In this document: positions 19,548-30,696 of the stretch, in pieces
How positions within the stretch are numbered: position 1 is the first letter of the stretch
How the letters are laid out: the number at the start of each line of letters is the position of its first letter
DNA from: an uncultured Clostridia bacterium
GTDB taxonomy: Bacteria > Bacillota > Clostridia > TANB77 > CAG-508
Assembly: GCA_934167365.1 (NCBI GenBank)
Contig: CAKPKU010000001.1
Span: 15,163-79,162 of the forward strand
Length of the DNA: 64,000 nt
Reading direction: 5' to 3'
The notes under the pieces: model-generated
The model's database searches: none
What the model was told of the DNA's origin: nothing
What the model saw: the letters and a program-made list of their open reading frames with translations, nothing else
Made by a program: the position numbers and the translations under genes

Positions 19548-20456
19548 TTACTTTTCCTTTTCTATATATATTGGTCTATTTTTTACCTCAGTAAATATTT
19601 TTCCTATATAAAAATTTGTAATTCCAAACAACATATTTTCAATGGAAATAATTAATAATACGGTTGTAGTTATTTTCCAATATAATTCTCCATTATTAAT
19701 TATAACCATTATTAACATTACTATTGATACTATAAACATAAATATACCAACTTTTAATTGAAGATATAATGGATTAAGCGAAAAATCTGCAATTCCATTG
19801 ATAGCATACTTTAATAGTTTTTTTAAATTCCATTTTGTATTTCCAAATTCCCTTTCTTTTACATCATATGGAATATAATAAATATTAAATCCTACATATG
19901 AGAATATTCCTTTAGAAAATCTACTTTTTTCTCCTAACATCAAAATAGCATTGATTACACTCTTTCTAAACATTCTAAAATCACTAGCAGCACTTTTCAT
20001 ATCTAAACCAGTTTCCTTTGACATAATATCATAAAACTTATTTTTAAAAATCGTTAATATTTTTCCTTCTTTTCTTTTACTTTGATAAGCAGCGACCTCA
20101 TCATATTTACTATTATCATCTAATATTTCTTTCATCTTTATAATATAACTTGGATCTTGTTGTAAATCCGCATCTATTATTACTATATATTCTCCATCAC
20201 ATTTTTTTAAACCTGCATACATTGCTGCTTCTTTTCCAAAATTTCGTGAAAAATTAATTATTTTAATATTACTACTTACATTTTTCTGCATTTCATTTAA
20301 AGTATTATCTTTACTACCATCATTAACAAATATTATTTCATAATTTAATATTTTATTTTCAAAACTTTTTTCTACACATTTTATAAACTTTTCAATATTT
20401 TTCTCTTCATTATAACATGGAACCACTAAACTTACTTTAATATCTTCTTTATTCAA
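19548..20456 (-). CDS. GT2 polyprenol-phosphate glycosyltransferase (GtrB/CsbB-like)
   Basis: 302 aa. It has VSLVVPCYNEEKNI...IFVNDGSKDNT with DAD, plus two C-terminal TM helices. It overlaps yfhO by 8 bp, consistent with translational coupling. Confidence 0.8.
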   Translation of the reverse strand: MNKEDIKVSLVVPCYNEEKNIEKFIKCVEKSFENKILNYEIIFVNDGSKDNTLNEMQKNVSSNIKIINFSRNFGKEAAMYAGLKKCDGEYIVIIDADLQQDPSYIIKMKEILDDNSKYDEVAAYQSKRKEGKILTIFKNKFYDIMSKETGLDMKSAASDFRMFRKSVINAILMLGEKSRFSKGIFSYVGFNIYYIPYDVKEREFGNTKWNLKKLLKYAINGIADFSLNPLYLQLKVGIFMFIVSIVMLIMVIINNGELYWKITTTVLLIISIENMLFGITNFYIGKIFTEVKNRPIYIEKEK

Positions 20457-22983
20457 TCTTTTTTCCCCTCTTTCTTACATAAACCATTTCCATTATTATT
20501 ATAACCATACCTATACATGAAATACTGATTCCTAATTTCAATCCAGGTGTTTTATATATTAATTCTATATTATTTTCACCATTTAGTAGCTTTATATCCA
20601 TTATTTTATTATATTCACCAATTTCGTATTCTTGTCCATTTATTTTTAAAGCCCATCCTTTTGCATATGGAACCGTAATAAGGAGATCTTTCATATTATT
20701 TATATTATTATAATTTATAATTATTTTATTTTTTTCTAATTTCATTTGCTCTACTTTATTTTTGTTTATTTTCTCTGTAGCATATTTTAATTTTTCTAAG
20801 TTTACAAAATATATTTGTTCTTCTCCAATTTCAATTTCATTTTCGGACTTAATCTCTATTTTAACATCTTGCTTTTCATCCGTTGGAATATATACAATTT
20901 GAGGAGACAGCCATTTAGCATATTGAGTTACATATTTATCATTAACATAAATTTTCCCATCAAACTGATTAATCCAAGGGAAATATGCATAAATTGGATA
21001 TCTATTTTCATTATTTTCATTCTTTATTATATATTTTCTATAATTTTTTCCATTTATATTTGAACTATCATCTTTTCTATAAGTTACCTTTTCATATATT
21101 TCAATTTTTTCCCCTAGTATACTAGAATATAAATTATTAATATATTCAAATGAATTTCCTTCATAGTTAACTTGATTAAGCTCATTAGTTGCAAAAGATA
21201 TATTTAGAGCATATTTATTATAATATACACTCTTACCATTATACTCCCCTAAATCCTTAATCTTTTCTAATCCATTTATTTCATAATTTGATAAAATATA
21301 TTTAACACCTAATAAAGAATCAACTGGTAATATAGATGTATTAACAATAGTGATGCACTCTCCTTCTGTTCTATAACCCATATTAGATAATAACTCAAGT
21401 GCATTATTATCTGGTGATGAGGTATAACCAGATATTGACATGTAATTATATGCTAATGCATCATTATAATAAGCTGGTAATTCATTCTCATTTTCATAAT
21501 TCCTAAATAGGGTTTGATTTATTCTATAATTAGAATTATCATATTCCTTTAATTTGTCAATTTGTTTTTGTTGACTTTCAGAATAATTCTTATACAAAAT
21601 TTCACTACTACCACTTCTAAACATAATTTTCATATTTAATAAAAGTTCGACAAAACATAAACAGATTATTAGCATACTGTAAAAATTTCTTGAGTCTAAT
21701 TTATTTTCCCTAAAAACTATATATGTATCTACCAATAGAAAAAATATTGTTGCATATACATATTTTATATCAGTAGATTTTACTATAAATTGTAATACTA
21801 CTAAAATTATTGAAAACATAATCACACAGTAATACATTCTATTCTTTTGTGTCTTTTCAAAATTAATATATCCAAATGCACTTATATATATCATTGTAAA
21901 AATGATTACATATGAGTATCTAAAATAATAACTTGTCGAATTCTTAAATAATGAAAATAATATAAAAAATGGTGTATAATAACATGTAAAAATCATTATA
22001 AGCAACATTAAAGTACATATTGTTTTCTTTTTAATAGACATATTATTAGCTGTAATAATTAGTAATATGCCAATTACTGGAAATGCTCCACAATAAATTG
22101 AAAGTGATTGTGATGTACTTACTGAACCCATATGATAACTAACCATAGTACTTATTATATTTCCATAGAACTCATTTTTTATAAGTGCAAAATCAAATGA
22201 TCCACCTTTTCCTCCCATCAAAGAGAAAACAACAGGAATAAATAATATACTTGATATCATTACACCTATTACCATTGCAATAGCATAAGTAAAAAATCTT
22301 TTAAAAATCTCACTTATTTTACATTTATTTTCTAATTTGTACATGATTAGTTCAAAGATAAAATAAAATGCCGAAAATACACAATTTATTCCTCCAGTAT
22401 ACCAATTGAAGATTATTGATAATCCAACAGCAATGCTTAAAAAATGTATATTTTTATTTTTTATAACTTTATCTACACCTATACATATCAAAGGTAACAT
22501 ATATATTCCGTCTAACCACATAATATTAGATGCCTGCGCTAAACTATATTGCATTAATGAATAAGAAACTGCCAAAATTACATTAAATACTGTTTTCAAT
22601 TTTTTCCCAAATTTTACTTCCAAAAAATAGGAAAAAGTAAAAGATGCAATTGATAATTTTATTAAAGTTGCTATATTTAAAAATACATTTTCATCATTTA
22701 CAAATTTCAACAATAAATTTATAGGTGATGCTAAATAATATCCAAAGATTCCAATAGTCGGTCCACCTAGTGTTGCATTAAAACTATATAATATACTATC
22801 CTTTCCTTTAAACACATTTTTCAAAAAAGAAAAAAAATCTAAATATTGAATTTGAGCATCCATAACCGCAAATGATTTATTTCCAAATGGTGCATAATTA
22901 AATACTATATATGCTAGCATTATTAGAATTGCTGTTGAAAACATTGAAATAATACTATTTTTAAATTTTACCTTTAAGTACAT
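20449..22983 (-). CDS. yfhO: YfhO family membrane GT-C glycosyltransferase (extracytoplasmic glycosylation of teichoic acid or other polymers)
   Basis: 844 aa. It has about 13 N-terminal TM helices with a YfhO-like start (AVMDAQIQYLDFFSFLKNVFKG, ASPINLL) and a large C-terminal extracytoplasmic domain ending in a TM anchor. Confidence 0.7.
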   Translation of the reverse strand: MYLKVKFKNSIISMFSTAILIMLAYIVFNYAPFGNKSFAVMDAQIQYLDFFSFLKNVFKGKDSILYSFNATLGGPTIGIFGYYLASPINLLLKFVNDENVFLNIATLIKLSIASFTFSYFLEVKFGKKLKTVFNVILAVSYSLMQYSLAQASNIMWLDGIYMLPLICIGVDKVIKNKNIHFLSIAVGLSIIFNWYTGGINCVFSAFYFIFELIMYKLENKCKISEIFKRFFTYAIAMVIGVMISSILFIPVVFSLMGGKGGSFDFALIKNEFYGNIISTMVSYHMGSVSTSQSLSIYCGAFPVIGILLIITANNMSIKKKTICTLMLLIMIFTCYYTPFFILFSLFKNSTSYYFRYSYVIIFTMIYISAFGYINFEKTQKNRMYYCVIMFSIILVVLQFIVKSTDIKYVYATIFFLLVDTYIVFRENKLDSRNFYSMLIICLCFVELLLNMKIMFRSGSSEILYKNYSESQQKQIDKLKEYDNSNYRINQTLFRNYENENELPAYYNDALAYNYMSISGYTSSPDNNALELLSNMGYRTEGECITIVNTSILPVDSLLGVKYILSNYEINGLEKIKDLGEYNGKSVYYNKYALNISFATNELNQVNYEGNSFEYINNLYSSILGEKIEIYEKVTYRKDDSSNINGKNYRKYIIKNENNENRYPIYAYFPWINQFDGKIYVNDKYVTQYAKWLSPQIVYIPTDEKQDVKIEIKSENEIEIGEEQIYFVNLEKLKYATEKINKNKVEQMKLEKNKIIINYNNINNMKDLLITVPYAKGWALKINGQEYEIGEYNKIMDIKLLNGENNIELIYKTPGLKLGISISCIGMVIIIMEMVYVRKRGKKIE

Positions 22984-23917
22984 GATTAATTTTACCTTTC
23001 TGTTCTATTTACAATTTATAAATTTATTACACAAAAAATCTGTCATAGTTTCTTATGAATTTTCAAGAGCTTTGTTAACTATTATCTTTATCAACAGATT
23101 TTCTATTACTTTGATATATTAAGAGTATATCTATATTTTCTACATAGATTGTCTTATTAAATTTCCAATATTATCTGAAAATTTATAATTGTTCTCTTAA
23201 GCAATATATTTTGTTCATATAATGTCTATGCTCAATATTATAATAAGAATATTTTTATTTAGTATATTCGAAATTAATATTATATGATATTTCATACTTA
23301 TAATAGGATTTTGATTCATTATTCTACAAGTAAAAACTATTAAAGAAAAATATGAGCAATTATTTATTATAAAATTTAATTTTTCACTAAATTCTTTATT
23401 ATTTATTTAAGAGTTTGTACTCAAACCATACAACATATTACAATTAATATCATCTAATAATATTTCCCCAGTAAGATACTTATATTTTACTGCTGTTTTA
23501 TTATAATTCATTACATTGGTTGGATAATGAATAAATTCACACTTTCAATATATAGTTATAAATTATCGCATAACATTATTATAATTTCAAACTTTTACTA
23601 TCTTTTTTCTCCTATCACTGTTTATAGAATTAGTTTATCTCTAAAATTAAGTGTTTAACAAAATCCACATATTAGAACTTTCTTTGTTTTATTATTTGTA
23701 CTATTCAATTGGATATTATCAATATTAAAATATTTTAACTTACCTCTTATTTCACAAATTGTCTCTATTTCTTTAAAATTTTCGTCAATTTATTATTACT
23801 TATCTCTCTTGAATGGTCATATATCTCGTTTCTATTTATTCTATCTTTTGTTTAATTTGGTCACATATTTTTTTGTTCTTCCTACATTATAACTCCTTAA
23901 TTATTTTATTACCTAAC

Positions 23918-25582
23918 CTATTTGATTTTATTAAGAAACATAAGGTTTCCATTGCTTTTTCTGAATAATTTTATTCTTTTAGTAACAATTTTTTCGCTAT
24001 TATAATATTCAGGATACTTTTTTAATTTATTATCAAATTCCATAAATGGCTCTTTTTCAGTATATAGCTCTGTAACAATCCAATACATTGTATAACATAA
24101 ATTAACAATCATATGTTTCTCAATGTAATTTCGCTTTTCATTTGACAATTCACTTTTTCTCTCATTATATTCTTCTATTATTCTCATACATACTTTTTCT
24201 AATTGTTTTACATTTTTTTTATAAGATTGTGGTGATACTGATTGCCCTGCTCTACCTAAATAATAACTATAAATATATAAAGGATAAAAAGTTACTGTAT
24301 TACTTATAAGAGTTCCCATTAAGTTAAATTCATTATCTACATAAAAACAATGTTCATCAATTTTAAAATTTAAATCTTTGAGTAATTGAGTTTTATATGT
24401 TGAAGTATGAAGAAGTGGTCCCCAATCTATTTTTTCTTTACCTGGTATACATATTTCATCAAATTTATATTGATGACCTGGAATCATATCCTTATATAAT
24501 TCTGTTTTCTTATATTCTCCATTTACAGAAAAATCTTCATAATATTCTGTAAATATCATATCAGAATCCTCTTTCTCCAAAAATTCAATAAATTTATCTA
24601 ATTGATTAATTACATAATAATCATCACCATCAAGTAATCTAAAATACTTTCCAGTAGCCAGCTCTATTCCCTTATTTATTGTAGAGCCATGACCTCCATT
24701 TGGTTTATCAATCAATCTAATTATTGATTGTCCATCTTCTTTATAATACTTTTCTATAAATTTTTGTACTGTTTCTACTGTTGAATCTTTTGATCCATCA
24801 TTTACAACTAAAATTTCCAATTTATTAGCATATTTTGCTCTTAATAAGTTACATAATATTTGAATGATAAAATTTGCTACATTATATGAAGCTATACTAA
24901 TTGACAATAATGGATGATCACTCATTTTAGGTATCTTTATCTCTTCAACTTTATCAAATTTTTTTATCATTTCTACATCTTTTTTTCCATCACATATTAT
25001 ATCTCCATTAATTATTTTCAAATTTGCTATTTTCTCAAATATTTCCTTTTGTTTTTCATTCATAAAAACAAATTTAAAGTTTTCCCTTGAGTTATATGAT
25101 TCTATATCAGAAAATTCTTGCACAATATATTTATCTGTAACATTTTTTATATCACAATTCAAATCATTTCCATATGAATATATTATTACTTGTGTATCCA
25201 TTATATTTACTGCATTTAATATTTTATAATATGTTAATACTGGTTTATGAAGTAATATTTTTTTATATTTCTTTTTTAATAATAGATTTCTCACCTGATT
25301 ATATCCGGTTCTCAATATGTTAATTCCATCATATTGATATGAATATGTATCTGAAACAAAGTAATCATTTGCTACTATAACATCTATTTTTAACCCTTCT
25401 TTTATATATTCTTTTACCCTTTTATATATTTCTACATTTATATTTTTATACTCATTTGATGGGAAATCTGGTACAAGTACCAAAATATCATTTTGTGCAA
25501 ACTTTTCGATTTCTTTATTTAATTCTTCATCACTTTTTTGTATTGAATTTTTTTTCATAATTCTTTTAATTTTATTAATCAT
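23918..25582 (-). CDS. Two-domain glycosyltransferase (N-terminal Rossmann-like domain plus C-terminal GT2 catalytic domain)
   Basis: 554 aa. The C-terminal half carries LSISIASYNVANFI...LVVNDGSKDST...DGDDYY GT-A motifs. I could not assign the N-terminal domain. Confidence 0.65.
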   Translation of the reverse strand: MINKIKRIMKKNSIQKSDEELNKEIEKFAQNDILVLVPDFPSNEYKNINVEIYKRVKEYIKEGLKIDVIVANDYFVSDTYSYQYDGINILRTGYNQVRNLLLKKKYKKILLHKPVLTYYKILNAVNIMDTQVIIYSYGNDLNCDIKNVTDKYIVQEFSDIESYNSRENFKFVFMNEKQKEIFEKIANLKIINGDIICDGKKDVEMIKKFDKVEEIKIPKMSDHPLLSISIASYNVANFIIQILCNLLRAKYANKLEILVVNDGSKDSTVETVQKFIEKYYKEDGQSIIRLIDKPNGGHGSTINKGIELATGKYFRLLDGDDYYVINQLDKFIEFLEKEDSDMIFTEYYEDFSVNGEYKKTELYKDMIPGHQYKFDEICIPGKEKIDWGPLLHTSTYKTQLLKDLNFKIDEHCFYVDNEFNLMGTLISNTVTFYPLYIYSYYLGRAGQSVSPQSYKKNVKQLEKVCMRIIEEYNERKSELSNEKRNYIEKHMIVNLCYTMYWIVTELYTEKEPFMEFDNKLKKYPEYYNSEKIVTKRIKLFRKSNGNLMFLNKIK

Positions 25583-25602
25583 GTGAGAATCCCCCTTAAA
25601 AT

Positions 25603-26754
25603 TTACATTAATTCTTTATTTACAATATTCATTGCTTCTTTTATAACATCATCCATGTCGTAATATTTATAAGAAGCTAATCTTCCTCCAAAAATTACAT
25701 TTTCTTCATTCTTGGCTAATTTCCTATATTCTTCTGCAATTTTATTGTTTCTTTCATCATTTACCACATAATATGCTTCTTTCTCTGAAGTCCAATCATC
25801 TGGATATTCATATGTTATAACAGTTTTACTGCTTAATTGAGTTGAATCGAAATGTTTATGTTCAATTACTCTTGTGTATGCCACTTCCTTCCCTGTATAA
25901 TTCACAACTGCATTACCCTGATAATTTTCTTTATCTAAAATCTTAGTTTCAAATTTTAATGATCTATATTCAAGATGTCCTAACTTATAATCAAAATATT
26001 CATCTAACATACCTGTATATATTACCTTATTAGCAAGATCGTCCCATTTATCTTTTTCGTCAAAATAATTTGTATTTAGTTTTACTTCTATTCCCTCAAG
26101 CATCTTTTCAACTAACTTTGTATAACCTCCTATAGGTATTCCTTGGAATCTATCATTAAAATAATTATTATCATAAGTTAATCTAACTGGCAATCTTTTT
26201 ATAATAAAAGCTGGCAAATCTTTACAATCTCTATTCCATTGTTTTTCGGTATATCCTTTTATTAACTTTTCGTATATAGTTCTTCCAACTAAAGAAATAG
26301 CTTGCTCTTCCAAATTATTTATTTCTTTTCCTTCCATCTCTTTCTTTTCTTCATTTATATGTTTAATAGCATCCCCTGGTGTAATAACATCTTTCCAAAT
26401 TCTAGAAAAAGTATTCATGTTAAATGGCATATTATAAATTTCATCTTTATATCTAGCTATTGGAGAATTTGTATATCTGTTAAATTCAACAAAAGAATTC
26501 ACAAAATCCCATACATCTTTGTAATCTGTATGAAAAATATGTGCTCCATATTTATGTACTTGTATTCCTTCTATATCCTCTGTATAAACATTTCCCGCTA
26601 TATTGTTTCTCTTATCTATTACCAATACTTTTTTTCCTTTTTTATTAAGTAGATATGCACATGTACTTCCATATAATCCACTACCAACTATTAAATAATC
26701 ATATTTTTCCATAATAACTATCCTCTCTTTAATATATTCCTCATTTTTACCCAC
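25603..26754 (-). CDS. glf: UDP-galactopyranose mutase
   Basis: 383 aa. It has the FAD-binding DYLIVGSGLYGSTCAY, NIAGNVYT and HKYGAHIFHT motifs. The likely true start is the internal MEKYDY. Confidence 0.9.
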   Translation of the reverse strand: MGKNEEYIKERIVIMEKYDYLIVGSGLYGSTCAYLLNKKGKKVLVIDKRNNIAGNVYTEDIEGIQVHKYGAHIFHTDYKDVWDFVNSFVEFNRYTNSPIARYKDEIYNMPFNMNTFSRIWKDVITPGDAIKHINEEKKEMEGKEINNLEEQAISLVGRTIYEKLIKGYTEKQWNRDCKDLPAFIIKRLPVRLTYDNNYFNDRFQGIPIGGYTKLVEKMLEGIEVKLNTNYFDEKDKWDDLANKVIYTGMLDEYFDYKLGHLEYRSLKFETKILDKENYQGNAVVNYTGKEVAYTRVIEHKHFDSTQLSSKTVITYEYPDDWTSEKEAYYVVNDERNNKIAEEYRKLAKNEENVIFGGRLASYKYYDMDDVIKEAMNIVNKELM

Positions 26755-28955
26755 AAATGTGATTTAGTAATTTTTCTCCATAATGGCATTCTCCACAAAG
26801 TTTCTCTTATTTTAGGACCAAATTTTGCCATTCTTGTAATTTTTACATCTTTACTATATATTTTTCCAAAAAATTCACTACTTTGGTATATCATCTTATC
26901 TCTATCTTCAAATAAACTTGAAATTACTAATTCTTTTGCAATTCCTATCGATTTATTTAATGCCCTTCCTGCTTCAATTTTACTCTTTTTAGGATTTTTA
27001 TAAACATATTCAAACTGATTGTCCATGTTTTCAGCCATCTGTTCTAATGTAAATCTATTTAATATCTTATTCCTACATTTTTCTTTTGTTTTATCTAATC
27101 TTGAAATCACTTCATCTATCGCTTCAACATAATTATAGATTTCCTCATCAGTATAATTAAAGTCACAAATGTCTTTTTCATCTTGATAACTTGGAACTAG
27201 TTTTCCAACATTATCATCAACTAACTCTCTTTGACCTCCAACATCTGCTGATATGACTGGAACTCCCATTGAAAGTGATTCATATGCAGTAAGAGCTAAA
27301 CCTTCTTTTATAGAGCAATTAATTGTTATATCACAAATTCTATACATTTCAGGTGTTTTATTCGTACTTGGCAAAAACTTTATATTTTCTTGTAAATGTT
27401 TATCTTTTAATGCCTTTTGTAATTGTTTTAGCATTGAGCCATCCCCAACTATTAAAAACAATACATCCTTTCTATTGGCAATAGTCTTTTTGATTATTTC
27501 AGCTAATAGCATGGGTCTTTTTTGCTCTGATATACGACAAATATAACCAATTATAATTTTATTATTTTTTTTAATTTTATACTTTTCTAATAATTCCTCT
27601 TTATTATATTTTTCAGGATTAAATTTTTCTGTGTCAACTCCTATATACACAGTTTCAACTTCATCTTTTTCTCTTTTAAAATAATTTATTAATATTTTTT
27701 CTGTAACAGAATTGCATACTAATGTTTTATCAATTATTCCCTGTAACATACTAGAACTACGTGCATATCCTCCATTTCTATTATACCATTCTTCCATATG
27801 AATATAATCAACGATAGGTACTTCTGGATATCTTCCTTTTAAATATGGTAAAATTGAATATCCAAATAAGCTACTAGTATTAAATATCATATTTATATTA
27901 TTTTTCTCTATAATATAGTTAATAAATGGTATATAATCTTTACACTCAAGAAATGAAGTAATGTCATATACATCTGCTATATTTTCAAACTCTTGTCTTA
28001 AATTATTTATTGCAGGCTCTGTTGAGATTAATGTGAATGTATATTTATTTTTATCTAACCTTTTTATTAGCTCTAAATTAAATATATCTGCTCCTCCAAT
28101 AATTATCCATGGTACTATCATGAGTATATTAATTTTATTATTTGCTTTAACTTTTGGAGTTATAAGACAACTTATATTTTCTTCTATTTCTTCATAATTA
28201 TATTTAAAGAAAGGAAACTGAATTGATACATTCTTACTATTTATGCCTTTTATTTGTTGTTTAACTTTAAAATAAGAAGAATAATTATCATATGGAATCC
28301 AATTTAAATACCAGGTTGAATGAACAGGAAACATATTCTTTTCTAGTGCTTTTCTCCAAAATTTAGAAAATCCACTAAAATAACTTGTACAACTTGAGAA
28401 ACCATTAATTTTCTCAAAAGCTTTTCTTCTTATCATAAATAAAAGATTAGAATTCAATTTTTGAGGTAAATAATATTTATCAAATAGTTGGTTTTCTTCA
28501 TCGTTTTTTCCATATACAACTCCATTTGAATATCCCCATGATGCATCTTTATGTGTTATAAGTGACCAATAAATTGTCTCTAAATATGTCGGTTCTAATA
28601 GTTGTCCTTCACTAAAGAAAACAAAATATTCAGATTCTCTATTTGCAATAGTTGCACCATAATTAAAAGCCTCAAATATATTTTTATAACTTTTATTGAC
28701 AACATTTATTCGTTCATCATAAATATTATAATCATAATTACCAATTATAATTAACTCAAAATTTGGATATGTCTGATTTAATATAGAGTTAATTGAATTT
28801 ATATTTATCTTATTTTTTCCTATTATTGGAAATATTATAGATATAACTGGCTTTATACTCTCATATTCCTTTACATTTAATTTTTCGCCCGGTTTATTAT
28901 TAAAATTAAACTTCATAACTATGTACCTTTCTTTACTATTATAATTCTTCTGCAA
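26718..28955 (-). CDS. Bifunctional glycosyltransferase (N-terminal GT2-like plus C-terminal GT4/GT-B); candidate glycan polymerase
   Basis: 745 aa. The N-terminal domain has ISIIFPIIGK...NQTYPNFELIIIGN, and the C-terminal domain has EQKRPMLLAEII...EGLALTAYESLSMGVPVIS (the GT4 EX7E region). It overlaps glf by 37 bp. Confidence 0.75.
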   Translation of the reverse strand: MQKNYNSKERYIVMKFNFNNKPGEKLNVKEYESIKPVISIIFPIIGKNKININSINSILNQTYPNFELIIIGNYDYNIYDERINVVNKSYKNIFEAFNYGATIANRESEYFVFFSEGQLLEPTYLETIYWSLITHKDASWGYSNGVVYGKNDEENQLFDKYYLPQKLNSNLLFMIRRKAFEKINGFSSCTSYFSGFSKFWRKALEKNMFPVHSTWYLNWIPYDNYSSYFKVKQQIKGINSKNVSIQFPFFKYNYEEIEENISCLITPKVKANNKINILMIVPWIIIGGADIFNLELIKRLDKNKYTFTLISTEPAINNLRQEFENIADVYDITSFLECKDYIPFINYIIEKNNINMIFNTSSLFGYSILPYLKGRYPEVPIVDYIHMEEWYNRNGGYARSSSMLQGIIDKTLVCNSVTEKILINYFKREKDEVETVYIGVDTEKFNPEKYNKEELLEKYKIKKNNKIIIGYICRISEQKRPMLLAEIIKKTIANRKDVLFLIVGDGSMLKQLQKALKDKHLQENIKFLPSTNKTPEMYRICDITINCSIKEGLALTAYESLSMGVPVISADVGGQRELVDDNVGKLVPSYQDEKDICDFNYTDEEIYNYVEAIDEVISRLDKTKEKCRNKILNRFTLEQMAENMDNQFEYVYKNPKKSKIEAGRALNKSIGIAKELVISSLFEDRDKMIYQSSEFFGKIYSKDVKITRMAKFGPKIRETLWRMPLWRKITKSHLWVKMRNILKRG

Positions 28956-29721
28956 ATTTCTTTTGTAACTTACTAAATATAATATACCCTATTATACAAT
29001 TAATAACACCTATTACTAATAAAATAGCCAATGGTTTCATTTCTGGCATTTGATGCAAGTAAAACATTGATCTATATGCACTTATAAGATATGTCATAGG
29101 ATTATATTTTAATATCCAACTAAAATCTGCTGGTATAGATTCTGCATTATATACTATAGGTGTTATATAAAATAATAATTGCATTAATACACCTATTATA
29201 TGTTGCATATCTCTTATATACACCGTAATACTTGACACTACTAGTGAAATTCCAATCAATAATACATATTGTACTATTAATACAATTGGATAAAATATTA
29301 AAAACCTGCTCAATCCAACTCCTTCAAATATTGCAAAACCTACAATTAATATTGTTGATATTACAAAATTTACTGCCTCACTAGTAACAACTGAAAGTGG
29401 TAGTATTTCTCGCGGAAAATAAACTTTCTTTATTATATTTCCATTTTCAATCATAGTACATGATGATCTTATAATAACTGTTGAGAAAAATGTCCATGGA
29501 ATTAATGCTGAACATAAAAATAATGTATAATGTGGTTGTCCATTTCTCATTATTAATGGAAATATTATTGCATATACAGCAATTTGTAAAAGTGGGTTTA
29601 CAAATGACCACAATACTCCCAAAAATGAATTCTTATATTTCCCTCCCACGTCTTTTTTTACTGATGTCTTCAGTAGTTCTCTATAATTATATAAATTTTT
29701 AAAAACATTAAAACACTTCAT
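28939..29721 (-). CDS. wzm: ABC-2 type polysaccharide/teichoic-acid export permease (Wzm/TagG-like)
   Basis: 260 aa with 6 TM helices and the ABC-2 N-terminal motif FLGVLWSFVNPLLQIAVYAIIF. Confidence 0.8.
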   Translation of the reverse strand: MKCFNVFKNLYNYRELLKTSVKKDVGGKYKNSFLGVLWSFVNPLLQIAVYAIIFPLIMRNGQPHYTLFLCSALIPWTFFSTVIIRSSCTMIENGNIIKKVYFPREILPLSVVTSEAVNFVISTILIVGFAIFEGVGLSRFLIFYPIVLIVQYVLLIGISLVVSSITVYIRDMQHIIGVLMQLLFYITPIVYNAESIPADFSWILKYNPMTYLISAYRSMFYLHQMPEMKPLAILLVIGVINCIIGYIIFSKLQKKFAEEL

Positions 29722-29764
29722 TTAATCACATTTCCTTCCTTTTTTACAAATCTTCATATATCTT

Positions 29765-30505
29765 TTATGTTGTTTCTTTTATATATTCTTTTATAACTTC
29801 ACTAGTACTTCCATCCATTTTTACACTTCCTTCATGTATCCATATTGCTCTATCACAAAGTTCTTTTGCAGAATCTAGACTATGTGTAACAAATACCATT
29901 GTTTTTCCTTCTGATTTTAGCTCTTTCATCTTATTTAGACATTTTTCTTGAAAGTGTTGATCCCCAACAGATAAAATTTCATCTACTAATAATATTTCTG
30001 CATCTACATTTATTGCTACTGAAAATGCCAATCTCATATACATACCAGAAGAATAAGTTCTTACTGGATTATCAACATATGAACCTAACTCTGAAAATTC
30101 TATTATCTGCTCTAATCTCGAATCTATTTCACTTTCTGTTAATCCGAATATTGAAGCATTAAAATATATATTCTCTCTTCCTGAAAAGTCTGGATGGAAT
30201 CCTGCTCCTAACTCAAGTAATGATGTGAGTTTCCCATTAGTAGTTATTTTTCCTTTATCAGGATATATTATCTTTGTCATTAATTTTAATAATGTTGATT
30301 TTCCTCCTCCATTAACACCAATTAAAGCTACTGCTTCCCCTTTATTTATCTCAATATTAATATCTTTTAATACTTGCCTCTCTTCTTTTTTATTTCTATT
30401 CCAAAATAAAAGTTTCTCCTTTAAACTGTTTGCCTTATCAAAATATACTTCAAAACTTTTATAAACATGATCTACAATTATACTTTTATTATTTTCTTCT
30501 TGCAT
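29765..30505 (-). CDS. wzt: ABC transporter ATP-binding protein for polysaccharide export (Wzt/TagH-like, short form without a C-terminal carbohydrate-binding domain)
   Basis: 246 aa. It has Walker A (GVNGGGKST), the signature LSGGM-like YSSGM, and Walker B (LLVDEILSVGD). Confidence 0.85.
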   Translation of the reverse strand: MQEENNKSIIVDHVYKSFEVYFDKANSLKEKLLFWNRNKKEERQVLKDINIEINKGEAVALIGVNGGGKSTLLKLMTKIIYPDKGKITTNGKLTSLLELGAGFHPDFSGRENIYFNASIFGLTESEIDSRLEQIIEFSELGSYVDNPVRTYSSGMYMRLAFSVAINVDAEILLVDEILSVGDQHFQEKCLNKMKELKSEGKTMVFVTHSLDSAKELCDRAIWIHEGSVKMDGSTSEVIKEYIKETT

Positions 30506-30696
30506 AATATACCTCTTTCTAACATCATATATTTTCTCAAACTATGTATCTATGTTTTCTACTACATAATTATACAAAAAAAACATATTATTTCATAAAT
30601 TTTTTTAATTATTTCATAAATTTTATAATTTGTAAATATATAGTTTAACATAAACACACTAAAACCGCAGTTTTTTTTAATTATATCATTTTAGTT

